Shown here: in pieces, positions 26,008 to 39,336 of the stretch | Position numbering within the stretch: the first letter of the stretch is position 1 | Layout: every line of letters begins with the position of its first letter | Source of the DNA: Octopus sinensis | Lineage: Eukaryota | Assembly: GCF_006345805.1 (NCBI RefSeq) | Contig: NC_043010.1 | Coordinates: forward strand, 64,480,001 to 64,544,000 | Reading direction: 5' to 3' | Length of the DNA stretch: 64,000 nt | Made by a program: the position numbers and the translations under genes | Notes under the pieces: generated by a model | What the model was told of the DNA's origin: nothing | Database searches by the model: none | What the model saw: only the letters and a program-made list of their open reading frames with translations

Positions 26008-26079
26008 AAATCGTATCAATATTGCTGGGAAGTTGTGAAATATTACTACAAGACATTTTCCCTTTATTCCAAGTGCTGA
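26008..26079 (+). CDS. PTP last coding exon
   Basis: ctttttcag|AAA TCG TAT CAA..AAG TGC TGA. KSYQYCWEVVKYYYKTFSLYSKC* resembles EQYxFCYxxxxxYLxxFxxY. Confidence 0.85.
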   Translation, partial: KSYQYCWEVVKYYYKTFSLYSKC

Positions 26080-26437
26080 AATTCATAAATATTTGCCAAT
26101 ACTGCACTTTGAATATGCGAAGTATACAATACATGGGAGAAAGTTTAAGCCTGTATGAACAATATTTGTATGCTATAAATATTACATATAACCGTGCTCT
26201 ATGATGTTCCCTATTGTTTGGTAATACATGACACTCCCTAAAGTTTTGTAACGCTTTCTATTTGTTAAAATCCCTTATCCTGTTACAATGTAGAATGGCT
26301 GTTCAATATGAGTCCAATCTGAAAACATCACTCATTCGAGTCACTAAAATGGGTTGTTTCGGAACAAGCGCATAAACACCTAAACCAATATTATACTTGA
26401 AGCCTATTTGTAATCATTAAATATGTTATAAGCATTA

Positions 26438-26443
26438 AATAAA
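26438..26443 (+). terminator. Candidate polyadenylation signal of the PTP gene
   Basis: AATAAA about 360 nt after the stop, just before the repeat-rich DNA begins. Confidence 0.45.
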
Positions 26444-26567
26444 CATTCATGCACAGAAAAGAATTGTTAACACATGTTAATTATACTATAGCGTCTATGA
26501 ATGAAGCAAAATACAGGCAAAATATATGCAATGTATATGAGTATAAATATAATATATAAATAAATTA

Positions 26568-26633
<66 letters not shown>

Positions 26634-26711
26634 AGGGATGGCTATTAGTCCCTTTACCCATTTCTAATAATAATAGAGAAATGGGTAAAGTGATGTGTGG
26701 CCATCCCTGTG

Positions 26712-26756
<45 letters not shown>

Positions 26757-26879
26757 CGTATGTATGTATGTATGTATGTATGTATGTATGTATGTATGTA
26801 TGTATGTATGTATGTATGTATGGTGGTACTCCGGCATGACTAAAATAAGTAAAATAATAAAAGAGTATGCTCGTACACA

Positions 26880-27380
26880 CACAGCGTGCAGTGAATAAAT
26901 TGTTGTTTAAATTATGCAAGAATGAAAATAACACTGATAGCTCATTTTAACAGATATATTTACCAAAATTCCATAAAAATATCTTGAAATACTAAAGCGT
27001 AAATTTATTCAATAAAATAGCCAACTACGGCCACCAGACGACTTCAGAATCTTCTGTAAATCTTCTAGATGGTCTCCTTGTTTAAGTTGGTGAATGGTGC
27101 ATAATCCTTGCCTTCAGTTCATCGTTTGTGTTACAAGGAGTTTTGTTACTTTCTTGCTCAACTGCGTTCAACACTGATATCTGGGGAGTTAGGTGGCCAG
27201 ATGTTAAGGGTGACGTAGTCACAGAAATTATCTGACAGCCACGACTGAGTTCTCCTGCTTGTGTGGCATGGTGCAGAATCCTGATGCCAGACACAGAGTC
27301 TTCCAGCAGCAACCCTCTTGACCCGGAGTAGCACTATCTCTTCCAGGCGCTTGATGTAGGCCTCCTGTGATTTCAAACTT
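26880..27380 (-). mobile_element. Tc1/mariner-superfamily transposase 3' fragment
   Basis: Minus strand reads YIKRLEEIVL..VWHQDSAPCHTSRRTQSWLSDNF..WPPNSPD, the second catalytic Asp region and the WPxxSPD motif. Confidence 0.85.
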
Positions 27381-27394
27381 CCTGAAGTACAACA

Positions 27395-28327
27395 TGTCAA
27401 TGTGGAAAATGAATTATACCATTCTAATGGAACACTGACCACAAAAAATATTAATATCAACTGTGGTATTTTCCAAGGTCACTCACTTTCACCTTTAATT
27501 TTCTGCATAGCTCTAGTACCCCTTACAAGAGAACTTAAGACAGGGTATGAATATAAAATTGGCGACAAGAAAATAAATCACCTATTTTATATGGGTGACT
27601 TAAAACTCAATGACAAAGACAATAATGAGCTTGAAGGGCTACTACATGCTGTGAAAGCATTCAGTGATGACATTGGGATGGAATTTGGTCATGATAAATG
27701 TGCCATGGCAACTGTCCAGATAGAGAAATGGAAGACCTCACAAGTTGTTGGATGTTGACACAGTCATAAAAGAACTCGAGTAGGAACAAATTTACAAATA
27801 CCTTGGAATAAATGAGGGCTCTGGCATTCAGCATGCAAGTATGAAAGAAGATCAGGAAGGAGTGTTACAGAAGAGATCGAGCAGTCCTAAAATTCGAGTT
27901 AAATGCACGTAACAAGGTTTTAACCATAAACTCCTTAGCAGTTCCAGTTGCTATTTACAATTCAATGTGTTGAACTGGAATATGAGCAAAATAAGGAAGA
28001 TTGACAGGAAAATCCGTAAGCTGCTGACTTGCAATAAGATGCACCACTCAAAGGTAGACGCAGATCGTCTTTACCTACCCAGAGCTCAAGGAAGTTGAGG
28101 CTTGATCCAATTTGAAATCTCCTACAAAATCATCACAATTGAACTGGCAAAATATCTTGAAACATTTAATAATTGGATGCTAAAGCTCTTTGAAAACCAT
28201 GAAAGACGTAAGAAGCTTCATTCTGTTATGAAGGAGAGCAAAGCATTTTCAAGTGAGTTTATGCATGATACCCAAGTTGAACAGCATGATGGAAGTGCAA
28301 CAACTGTAGTTGCAAAGACAGTAAAGC
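27395..28327 (+). mobile_element. R4/Dong-like LINE family A fragment (RT core to thumb)
   Basis: GIFQGHSLSPLIFCIAL, INHLFYMGDLKL and MEFGHDKCA. 28039-28327 is colinear with 1-290 at the DNA level. Confidence 0.88.
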
Positions 28328-28334
28328 TAGACCT

Positions 28335-30450
28335 TTAAGGGAAGGCTTCTTGCTCGGCAGTGGATCAGGAAAAATGCAGACTGACCGCAGTTGTCATCCT
28401 AATACGGCATCAGCTGATAATAGAGCAAGAGGACTTCGAAAGTGGATTCTGTTATCAGTAGCATATATACTAAAATCATTGAAGACACTAACATATTGAT
28501 CTACTCAGGTGGAGTAGTAGTCACCAGAAGATTACATATCTCACAGGAAAAGATTAAAAAAGAGCAAATGTGGGAAAGGAGACTACAAAATAAAGTGAAG
28601 ACTTTAAGACAAGTTCTGAGTGGAATAGAAACCAGGAAACTGAATAAGTTAGGAAACACAAGATGCAAATCTTCCCTCGAGAAAAGATATTTAGTCAAAG
28701 AGAAAGTAATTTGGAATAGTAATAGAAGAGTTGAAACAGCGTATCATAGCAGTAGCAGGCAAGCTCCCCAGATATCAGAAAAGAATAGATCATTTGAGAC
28801 AGACCAAAGGAAATTTTATAACCAAATAAATAGTGGAGAACGAAGTACTGAAGGTGAGAAACCTAATGCAGAGAGGGCTAGAAAGTTCTGGAGTAATATT
28901 TGGGATAAGCCAGTCAGTCATAATGGAGATGTAGATTGGAAGAAGTAGTGAGTGAGAAACAGCTAGATCTAAGATTAACTAGTGTATTAATGTGTAAAGT
29001 GTTAGAAAAAATTCCGAATTGGAAAGCCCCAGGACCAGATTTAGTTCAAGGGTACCAGCTAAAAAAAATCAATAGTTTACATGGGAAGCTGAGGAAACAA
29101 CTTCAGGATTGCCTTAATGGAGGAATAATACCAGATTAGATGACTAGGAGGACAATACTCATTATGAAGGATAAGAACAAGGGTAATACAGCTAGCAACT
29201 ATAGACCAATTACTTGCTTCACCATTAGTGAGGATGCTGTTAACAGGAATGCTTTTAGAAAGTATTTACGAGCACTTTGACAGCCATAAATTACTACCAG
29301 AAGAACAGAAATGTTGCAGGAAGAAGGCTAGAATAACGTATGATCTATTATATATCGAGAAAGCAGTTCTAAATGATGTAAAAGCTGGAAAGAAAAATCT
29401 AACAATAGCATGGAAAGCCTATGACATGATCAGACACTTATGGATATGTGAATGTTTGAGTATGTTCAGTATAGCAGAGAGCATAAGAGAATTAATTAGC
29501 TTTAGCATGAAGAAATGGAAAGTAGATCTATTCTTAGGTGGCACAGTCTTTAGAGATAGTTAATATTAAAAGAAATTTTCCAGGGGGAAGTCGTTGTCCT
29601 CTTTAATATTTGTACTATGTTTGATCTCCCTCAGTTCAGTATTAAAGAAGACAAAGGCAGGGTATCAGTTTAGAAATAGTAATGGAAAAATTAACCATTT
29701 GCTCTACATGGATGATCTGAAGCTTTTTAGTAAGAATGAGAAAGAGATAGATTTCTTAATACAGACAGACTGTAAGACTCTTTAGCAGAGATGTGGGCAT
29801 GGAATTTGGCATAGATAAGTATGCAATATTAGTGATGAGAAGGGGACAGATAGTCAATAGCGAAGGAATTCAAATACCAGATGGCTAGACATTAAAATCA
29901 TTGAAAAGAAGAAGAGAGAGTTATAAGTATCTAGGAGTATTAGAACCCGACAGAGTACTAACTACAGAAATGAAAAAAACGAAAATTGAGGAGTACATCA
30001 GAAGGGTGAGGAAGCTAATGAAGTCAAAGCTAAATGGTCCGCATCTAGTGAAGGCTGTAAATACTTGGACAGTATCATTACTTAGATACTCAGCAGCTTT
30101 TGTAGATCGGAAAAAAACTGAATTAACAAAGCTGAACAGAAGAACAAGGAAGGAATTCAATATTAATGGAAGACTCCACCAAAGGGTGTGAGTCGCAAGA
30201 TTATACCTACCTAGAAAGGAAGGTGGAAGACTGCGCGGAGTTAGCTAGAGTTGATATTGACTCCTATGTAGGTAATAGTGAAGAAAGTTTATTAAAAGCT
30301 GCTAGAGTTACAGCGAGACATAGGGAAACCAAAGTATCAAACGAACTTAAAAACCAGAAAAAAGAACAAATTATCTGACTGGCAGGAGAAAGCTTTGCAT
30401 GGTAGATTCCCAAAGCTAGTTTCAGCAAATAGTAGTAGTGAGACATGGTT
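28335..30450 (+). mobile_element. Different R4/Dong-like LINE family, decayed and 3' truncated
   Basis: WERRLQ, FETDQRKFY, FWSNIW, PNWKAPGPDLVQGY, NYRPITC, LLPEEQK, KAYDMI, INHLLYMDDLKLF, YKYLGVLE and AVNTW. Confidence 0.88.
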
Positions 30451-30465
30451 ATGTTGTTATTATAG

Positions 30466-30499
<34 letters not shown>

Positions 30500-30500
<1 letters not shown>

Positions 30501-31632
30501 AAAAAGGCCTTTGACAGTGTACCGTATTAATGGATCTTGGTATCTCTGGATATCTTCAAAAATTTCTCCTGTAATTTCAAACTTTCTGAAGTATAACATA
30601 TCTGCATACAAATCTGCAATTCTAATGGAGTACTTACTCCAAACAATATTAACAACAACTATGGCATTTTCCAAAGTGACTCATTTTCACCTCTAACTTT
30701 CTGCATATTCCTAATATCCCTTACAAATAAACTTAACAAAATAAGGTATAACAATAAGAAAATAAACCATCTGTTTTACATGGATAACTGAAAACTCTAT
30801 AGCAAAGACAATGATGAACTTGAAGGCCTATTACGTACTGTAAAGACATCTGGATGGAGTTTGGTTTTCATAAATGTACCGAGGAAAGAGAAATTGAAAA
30901 TTTCAAATTCAGTTGTGTTACATGATGACATAATTATAAAAGATCTTGAGCATGAACAAACCTACAAATACCTATGAATAAATGCTTTCAGCATGTAGCC
31001 ATGAAAGAGATCAGAAAGGAATGTTGCAAGAAAGTTTGAGCAGTCCTGAAAATGCATGCAGCAAAGTATTAGCCATAAATGCTTTAGCAGTTCCATATGA
31101 AGCTTCACTGTGTTGAACTGGAATATTAGTGAAATAAAGAAAACTGACTGGAAAATTCATAAGCTTGCAATGAGATGCACCATCTAAAGACAGATGCTAA
31201 GCATCTTTACCCAAAGAAGTCGAGGCTTGATCCAGTTTGAAATATCATACAAAACTACCACAACTGGACTGACCAAATATCTTGAAACATCTGGATACTA
31301 AGACACGTTGAAAATTACGAGAGGCGTAAGAAGCTTCATTCTGTCATGAAGGGGAGCAAAAATTTGCTATTGTGTTTATGCATGATACCAAGCTGAACTG
31401 TTGTTGCAAAGAAGGTGAGATAATTAGCCAGGGGAAAAGCGTGTAGAACAGTTGGTTGATAGCCTGGAGCATAAAACCTCTGCATGGAAAATATATGGCC
31501 CATAGCAAACAAGCTGATATTGATCAGAAGCACATCCATCAGTGGCCACGGAGTTCAGGGCTAAAAACAGAGAGCGAAGGCTTCATCTTAGATGCTCAAG
31601 ATCAAAGTTTATTGACCCAGAACTACCAAGCA
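30500..31632 (+). mobile_element. Third, more decayed copy of LINE family A
   Basis: GIFQ..SFSPL and INHLFYMD remnants. KPLHGKYMAHSKQADIDQKHIHQWPRSSGLKTESEGFILDAQDQSLLTQNYQA matches ORF 1..1086. Confidence 0.85.
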
Positions 31633-33578
31633 TGGCCATCCAGTCTCGGTCGTTGGGGGAAAATTATGACATACAAGCTGGTTTATGTCAGGATTACATC
31701 AAAAACTAATCTTTGAAGTATGTTTATCAAACGATTTTTTTAATATTTATGCGGAGGCTAGAAGGGCCTAACTGATAACCCGAGGAATGCTTTTATCTGT
31801 ATTCAATGTAACATCGATCGTGAACAATTATTCGTGTAGTGGCACCCGGGGTATAATTGTAGGTACGTCGTTTTAGTAAGGGGGCACCCTATCAGATTTC
31901 TAGTTGACTTAAACATTCTACTTTCGTCTTTTACTAAAGGGGTGAAGTGTATTCTTTGTTAATGAATAGAAGCTTCTTATTCGGCTTTCCAAAGGATTAG
32001 CCAAACACACATGGTTGTTAAAAAGCAGGCTCTGCCCTGCTTAAAATGTAATGGTCCATACAGGAAAAGACCAGCTCAGACAGGCATGGATCATACCGAA
32101 ATTAAATGAGACGTCCATTATGCTTGAGCGAGAAGTATTTAAGTTTTTTTCCAAGATAAATATGGATTAAACAGCAAGTCGGAACTCCTAGATTTTTGTA
32201 GACATTCTTCTAGGTACCTTGCGAGCTGCTAAACGATTCCATACGGATAGCCCAATTTGGACTTAATCATATAAACCACACTTTTTGTTTACAATTTATC
32301 GCGTACTTTCCATCACTTTTTAAAGCTATCGACTTGAATTTTATTTATTATATCCCATTTTCCTTTTTGATTGCTTTTAAACGAACCTTTTGCTGTTTTA
32401 TACAACATTTAGTGGTATAAAACTTATATTTATTTTATTTTTAAACTTATGTCATGCAAATATATTTATATATTTTTAAACTTGTGTCATGCAAAAAAAA
32501 AGGTAAATAACATTATAAGGTATTTTTGAAGGTCTTGCGAATTTTATTCATATTATTTCAGTTTATCCTATTTTGTTTTATTTTATCTTGTTTTACACTA
32601 TACTTGGACTTCAGGTTATTTTTTTAATAAAATTACGTTTGTTGTAGCATATTAAACCCAAATCTGGCCAGCTGTCACCTATCTTCTCTGAGCAATCCCA
32701 TTTACAATATTTATATGTAATTTTTAATTCATATTTTTTTATATGTGTACATTTATACATGTGAATACGAGGGAAAATGTATATATCTCTATATATGTAT
32801 TTTTACATGTGTGTGTGTATGTATACACAAACACACACACACACATATGTATATATATATGCATGTGTGTGTGCGTATGTGTACTGATGTTTATATATTT
32901 TGATATGTGTTTTTATTATCCTTTATTTATACGTTTTATGAACGTTAGTGATATTATGTGGGTGGGGTGTATGTGTTCAGAGCAGGCACGTAGCCACGGT
33001 GGGGGGGGGGATATACAGTGCTTGGGCATCCCTGCCAGTTAGAATTTCAGCCCCTCCAGTTTGAGAATTTGTTTTATTCACTCTTGGAAGAATGCATTAT
33101 CTCAGCTTGTGTGTTAGTAGACAATTGGAATCTAGTTTTTTTTTTTTTTCTAGGCTATAATAATGGAGACTTTCAGTATTATTGCTTTGTAGGTATGATG
33201 TTGTGGAGAAAAGAATTGTAGAAAAAAGTTACTGAGATTTAAAAATTGAAAAAAAAAAAAAAAAATAAATAAATAAATAAAAAATAAATAAAACCTGGGT
33301 ATTTTTAGCCTATAGCGAGACAGAAACTTTCCGCGTTTAGTGGAGCGGTGTCAACTATAAGGCTGTACCCTGTGAAATTTATAGTTCACTGTAGGTTTCC
33401 AAATAAACAGAAATACCTAATTTCATTGTATGTTTCTAAATAAACAGAAAAACCTAATAAAATCATCATGTATCATCTTACTGTTTCTTTTGTCACTTCA
33501 TTGATTGTATGTTTCTATCATTTTAAAAAATTTGTTCTATTAATATATTTGTCAGCATGTGTTTACTTTATATATATA

Positions 33579-33960
33579 CTAGCAGTATCGCCCGGCGTTG
33601 CTCAGGTTTGTAAGGGAAATAACTATAAAGCATTTTTAGAGAGTTATAGCCAAAAAATAGCAAAAAAATGGGGAAAAAATGATGGTAAATTTTTTTTGAG
33701 AGTTAAAAAAGGTGGAGTTGCGTCCCCTAGACGGTCTGTGGTTTGGGTTTCTGATTCTCGACCCCATGTCGAATTATCGATTTTTTCAGAACTGGGGGAA
33801 CTTTTCAAAATTTTCGCTTGCGTTAGTTTTGAATTATGACATTGGGCTATGTGTGTGTCATTTTCATCAGAATCGGTCGAAAAGCCGTGGTCAGAAGTGA
33901 GGGTACGAGAAAACAGACACACAGAAAACGCACAGACAAACTGCCGTTTATATAGAGAGA
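33579..33960 (-). mobile_element. Non-autonomous Helitron, same family as 13019-13399
   Basis: Reverse complement aligns end to end (TC..hairpin..CTAG, A|T target). Confidence 0.85.
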
Positions 33961-35688
33961 TATATATATTATGAACATCATTAATATATAAGAGCATATG
34001 TGTGTGTGTGTGTTTGTGTGTATGTATGTGTATGTGTTGTGTGTGTGTGTGTGTGTGTGAAAAGGGGCTGTCTCTCTCAAAAACTCCAAAGTTAAGTAAT
34101 GTTTTCATGCTTGGATTTGTAAACTACGATAACAATAACACTGGTCAACAAAGAATTTGTCCCAAGGAAAAGAATACCTGTTTCTTATGTTTTTGCATGC
34201 AGAATTCAAAAATAATGTCAAATTATCTGTATCATCCACAGTTTCTCTGTTCAACGATATCCCTCACAATTCCTGTTACGTAGGCTAATTTTCAGTTAAG
34301 CTGTTGAAATGTGAAGCTAAAGGTTTAAGAAATACTCCTAATTAAAATTTTTATGAATAAAATTAATCCAGTTATCTGAGTGAATGAGCCCCCAAAATAT
34401 ATGAAGTGAAAAATATGTTAAAAAATACTAACACAGAAAAAGCACAGAAAAATATGTAATATACGCTGAAAAATTAAAACAAAACACACTGGTGAAATCA
34501 ACAGTGAACCAGAGCACAACGTGCAGTTGTCATGGTAACAAGCTGCTAATGGCACGCTGTCTGTTGATTGGCTAAAATTACTCAAGTTTGCCAACTTTAA
34601 TTCCATTGAAAGCAGGCTGAGCAAAATTAAGGGGGCCTCATTTTGCGAATGAAGAGAAGAAAAAAGTCTTCATATTTCCTTTAGTGGACATTTTATCGAA
34701 TTTTAAGCACTTTAACGAGATCTTCATTATATCTGAGTTCGCTAAAGAGGCAATAAATTTAATTTCCTTTGATTTTAGTGGTATATGAAAACATGAGGGT
34801 AATTACAAACGCATATGTGCGTGGGTAAACTGTAGAACTGGTCAGTAAAATGGTTTTTGTAGCTGTCGGTAATCTTTGTTGTGGTAGTTTTTGCTGCTGT
34901 TGAAGATTTCGCAGGTGAGTAACAAATGGAATTCGAAAAGTTGACCGTTTCATTATGTAGATCATTAAACAGTGGTGAATTAAGGATTGCTAGGGGTTGA
35001 GGCTGGGTCAGTTGTTGCTGTTGTTGTGGTGATGGTGATTGTCATTGTTGTTGCTGTTGAAAAGTATTTGAAGAGAAAACACGTTGTTGTTGTCGTGGTT
35101 GTTGTTGTTGTTCTTGGTATGGTGGTGGTTAGAGAGAAAGATTTATGGTTTATATATATATATATATATACACACACATATAGTCTGATAGAGAACGAAG
35201 GGAGAGGTATGTATAAGACAAAGACTATATGGAGCTATAAAAATAAAGAAATGTGTGCTACTGGAACTTGATAAGTATTGTAATACTCTCTCTTGTAATA
35301 CGCTTTATTCACATCAATGAAATATCATTATTATAAAACAAAGGAAAAACATCTACGGAGTTACAAATGTCGAACAATAATAATTTTTTCTGCTCAGTAC
35401 TCTAGTTTCTAAACCTTACTTATCAGATTTAGAATGATACGAAATTGCACAATATGTGGATTATAGTAGATTGGAAGAAACCTATCTACATACCATATGT
35501 TATCATGAAAGTAGGTGCAATAAACGTGTTTTGAAAGATATTACAGTATTTTATAAACCTAACAGCGTGGTGGTACGTAAATAAACGGCGTAACTTAACG
35601 AAGGTATAAACCTGACGTAAATACACGAAAGTTGACTACTTTCACTTCTGACAACTAAAAGCATGACAGTGCCATATATATATTATAT

Positions 35689-35736
<48 letters not shown>

Positions 35737-37106
35737 TTGATATATATAAACATGTAGTATGTATGTATGTATGTATGTGTATGTATGTATGTATGTATGT
35801 ATGTATATATATTATATATATATATATAATATAGTAATGTCCATATAGATATATGTATATCTATTATATATATGTGTGTGTGTGTATATATAATTATATA
35901 TATATAGGTGCCCATGTAGGTCATTCAAAGGTGGTGCCCCAGCATGAATACAACTGTTTTAAACGAAAGAGGGAGAGAGGAAAACAGAAAGAGATTGAAA
36001 TACAACGTGGAGAGATGTAAAGAGACGAAGTGAATGTAGATAAACCGCTGTCCGAGAATGATATACAAAGAAAATACCTATATTTCACTTATGTTATTCA
36101 CAGAACAATAGTTATACATTTGTTTCTCAATCCACTTTATCTTTCTGTATAGTACGTGTGCGGAACATTCTGTGTAAATAGTGGCTTTCAAAACACGAAG
36201 AAGCCTCTTTTAAAGGATAAAAAACAGCCAAACGAACATTTATCATCACACTGAAATGTGGAGTTATGTTGAAGTTTGCATCACACTTCAAATATTCTAA
36301 CGAGTAACATTCTAATAATTAAATGGCAACTTCTTAACACTTGGTACACGTAAATAGATTGAAGTACGGTATGTATAAGACAAAGACTATATGGAGCTAT
36401 AAAAACAAAGGATTGTGTGATACTGGAACTTGATAAGTATTGCAATATTCTCTCTTACAATATGGTTTTAAAGAATGTATCGTGGACATGAATGTAATAT
36501 CGTTATAATAAAACACAGAAAAAAGCTTCTTCGAAGTTTCAAATTGTGATAAAAAAATACAAAAAGTTTTCCTTTTCAATTCTCTTGTTCCCGAAGCTTA
36601 CGTTTAGAATGATACGAAAATGTATAAGTGTGGATTATAGTGGATTGGAAGAAAGCTTTCTACATACCGTATATTACCATGAAGTAGCGTAGGAAACGTT
36701 TGGTTAATCTTCATATTTCTTGTAGCATGATTAAGAATAAAGAAGAATTCATAAAATTGTGTGATTTTGAAAGAAATTATAGTATTTTGTTGGAATGCCA
36801 GCGAAGGTTTGCATATGTTTCATCGGTCGATTCTCATCAGCAAGAAGCAGACGATAGACACGTTACAAGTGCGCATGCCTGAAACTGTGGTCTTACCAAG
36901 CCGCGTTGCAATTGAGAGAAGTGAGCGTTTGTGTAGCTTGTTCTGCCAAGTCGTTTACATGAAAAGATATCTTTGACGTTTGATAATATTGCAGATCACT
37001 CGAACATATGTAGATACTATGCATACATATATATATATACGTTTTTATGTATTCTATGTACGCATGTATATTTCATGTATACATGAAATATGTGGTGAAA
37101 GATAGG

Positions 37107-37174
<68 letters not shown>

Positions 37175-37887
37175 TGCACGTAAGCAGACACACACACATA
37201 CAACCAGAGACACTCATAATCCCTTTGTCTCTCTGCGTCTCTCTCTTTGTCTCTTTTGTCCGTCTGTCTGTCTGTCTCACGCACACACAATGTAATATAC
37301 CCAAAAATGAAGACATATATATCATAAAGGGAGCGGTGATATACAGATATATACTGATGCGTATAAACCAACCGAGCGACACATTTAGCCACAGGGTAAA
37401 ATGTAAGTCTGCGGTAAATATGGGTTGGATAAGGGAACGCATGATTAATTTTTATATCGATATACAAACATAAATATATATCGATATATATATATATATA
37501 TCTTTTACTCTTTTACTTGTTTCAGTGATTTGACTGCGGCCATGCTGGAGCACCGCCTTTAATCGAGCAACTCGACCCCAGGACTTATTGTTTTGTAAGC
37601 CCAGTACTTATTCTATCAGTCTCTTTTGCCGAACCGCTATGTAACGGGGACATAAACACACCAGCATCGGTTGTCAAGCAATGCTAGAGGGACAAACACA
37701 GGCATACAAAACACACACGCACACATATACATTTATACGACGGGCTTCTTTAAGTTTCCGTCTACCAAATTCACTCACAAGGCTTTTGTCGGCCCGAGGC
37801 TATAGTAAAAACAAATTGCCCAAAGTGCCATGTGGTTGGTAAACAAGCTACTTACCACACAGCCACTCCTGCTCCTATATATATATA

Positions 37888-37944
<57 letters not shown>

Positions 37945-37978
37945 AGCAGGAGTGGCTGTGTGGTAAGTAGCTTGTTTG

Positions 37979-39249
37979 TCGGCGAACTCCAAGATCAAAA
38001 ACGCCGTCTACCAATGCAAGGTTTACACGGACTCAGATGTCTTCACTTATGTAGGGCCTCATCCTCAAGATTGTCTTTGCGTGTCTCCAACCATTACGCA
38101 ACTTTTCGGGACATGAACAAGCGCCAGACCACGGGACTCAGTAAGCTAATATGGCGACTGAAGGATACGAACTTAAGCTACAGGCTGGAATGGTCAATTT
38201 TGTCGGTGGCCCTCCCATTTGATAGGGGCAGAAGGCAGTGCAACCTTTGTGTCTCCGAACTCTTCCATATTTTGTTTGCCAGAGGCCGGATGGTAAACGG
38301 GCTTTTACAGTCGGCTTTTCGATGCCCCCATTGGCGGCGTTACACTTATCTGGCTTTTAAATAGTGTTTATAAATAATACCGGCACCCATAGCCCTTGGT
38401 AACAATTCTGAAATAGCCTTTAAGATATCTACGATTAACCACTGCAAGGGGAATTACTCCTGTAAGACAAACGGGGCTTGGTTTTTTCACAGCGGGGTGT
38501 TTCCTTGACAAGGCAGGCTTAGATGAACACACACACACATAAAACATAATATATATTTTTTTTTTCTGCCACCCAACGGTTCTCACGGCAGTAGCCACTG
38601 ACAGCCGAACGATCAAACGCACACACGTACACAAAAAATGTTTTCTACCCCTACGCCAACACACACATATATAGAACAGTATATACACACACACGTCTCT
38701 AAGTAGATTTTTTCTCGCCCCTTATAAAACATCCAATATTCCTTAAATAGTCAGAACTTTATTCTCGGTCACAAAGAACATCTACACACCCTCACCCACA
38801 TGATTGACCGATGCCTGACCCGTTGAATTCTTCAGCCACCGGTTCTCAACATACACTGATAAACAGTTTCGCCATGGGCTCTTAGGAGCATAGTTCGATT
38901 TGTTTTTGCTCCGCCACTGTTCTGTTTTTGTTTTTCCAACGGATTTCCTATTTTCTTCCTGAAGAGAAAGACACAATATGGTCCCATTATTCAATCGGAT
39001 TTTGGTAATTTGTGCCTTTCGAAACACGTGTAGAATGAAATAAAACGATTTCTGTTCAATCTGCGTTCAGCTCCATTTCTTCAATTCACCAATAATGTTT
39101 TAATTTCAATTATCCGCACCAACGCACGGTTGCAACACCATATGGTTGTACCTCCAACCGTGCTGTTTACTGCTGTGATTTTTGCTACTAAGGTATTGGT
39201 TAAACTTTTGATTAATCTACTACAAGATTATTCATCTTTCTATTTCACA

Positions 39250-39253
<4 letters not shown>
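37979..39253 (+). mobile_element. 5'-truncated Penelope-like element (Naiad-like): GIY-YIG C-terminus plus 3' non-coding region with hammerhead, inserted in a (TA)n tract
   Basis: ORF to 38364: RVSNHYATFRD..TTGLSKLIWRLKD..LEWSIL..CNLCVSE..N..CPH, matching the PLE endonuclease pattern R..NH..F..T.LSK.IW.LK..W.I..CxLC..E..CxH. Confidence 0.85.
38950..39041 (+). ncRNA. Type I hammerhead ribozyme in the PLE 3' region
   Basis: ATTTTCTTC-CTGAAGA-GAAAGACACAA..TTGTGCCTTTC-GAAA-CACGT-GTA-GAATGAAAT. Intact core, 10 of 11 bp in stem II, palindromic stem III ACACGTGT, GUA site, followed by AATAAA. Confidence 0.85.

Positions 39254-39336
<83 letters not shown>

Noticed and set aside
36700-36976. Short ORFs (MVNLHISC.., MILKEII..) recurring in every array unit
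   Set aside because: Non-ATG or weak starts and no recognisable motif. Their conservation is explained by recent tandem amplification.
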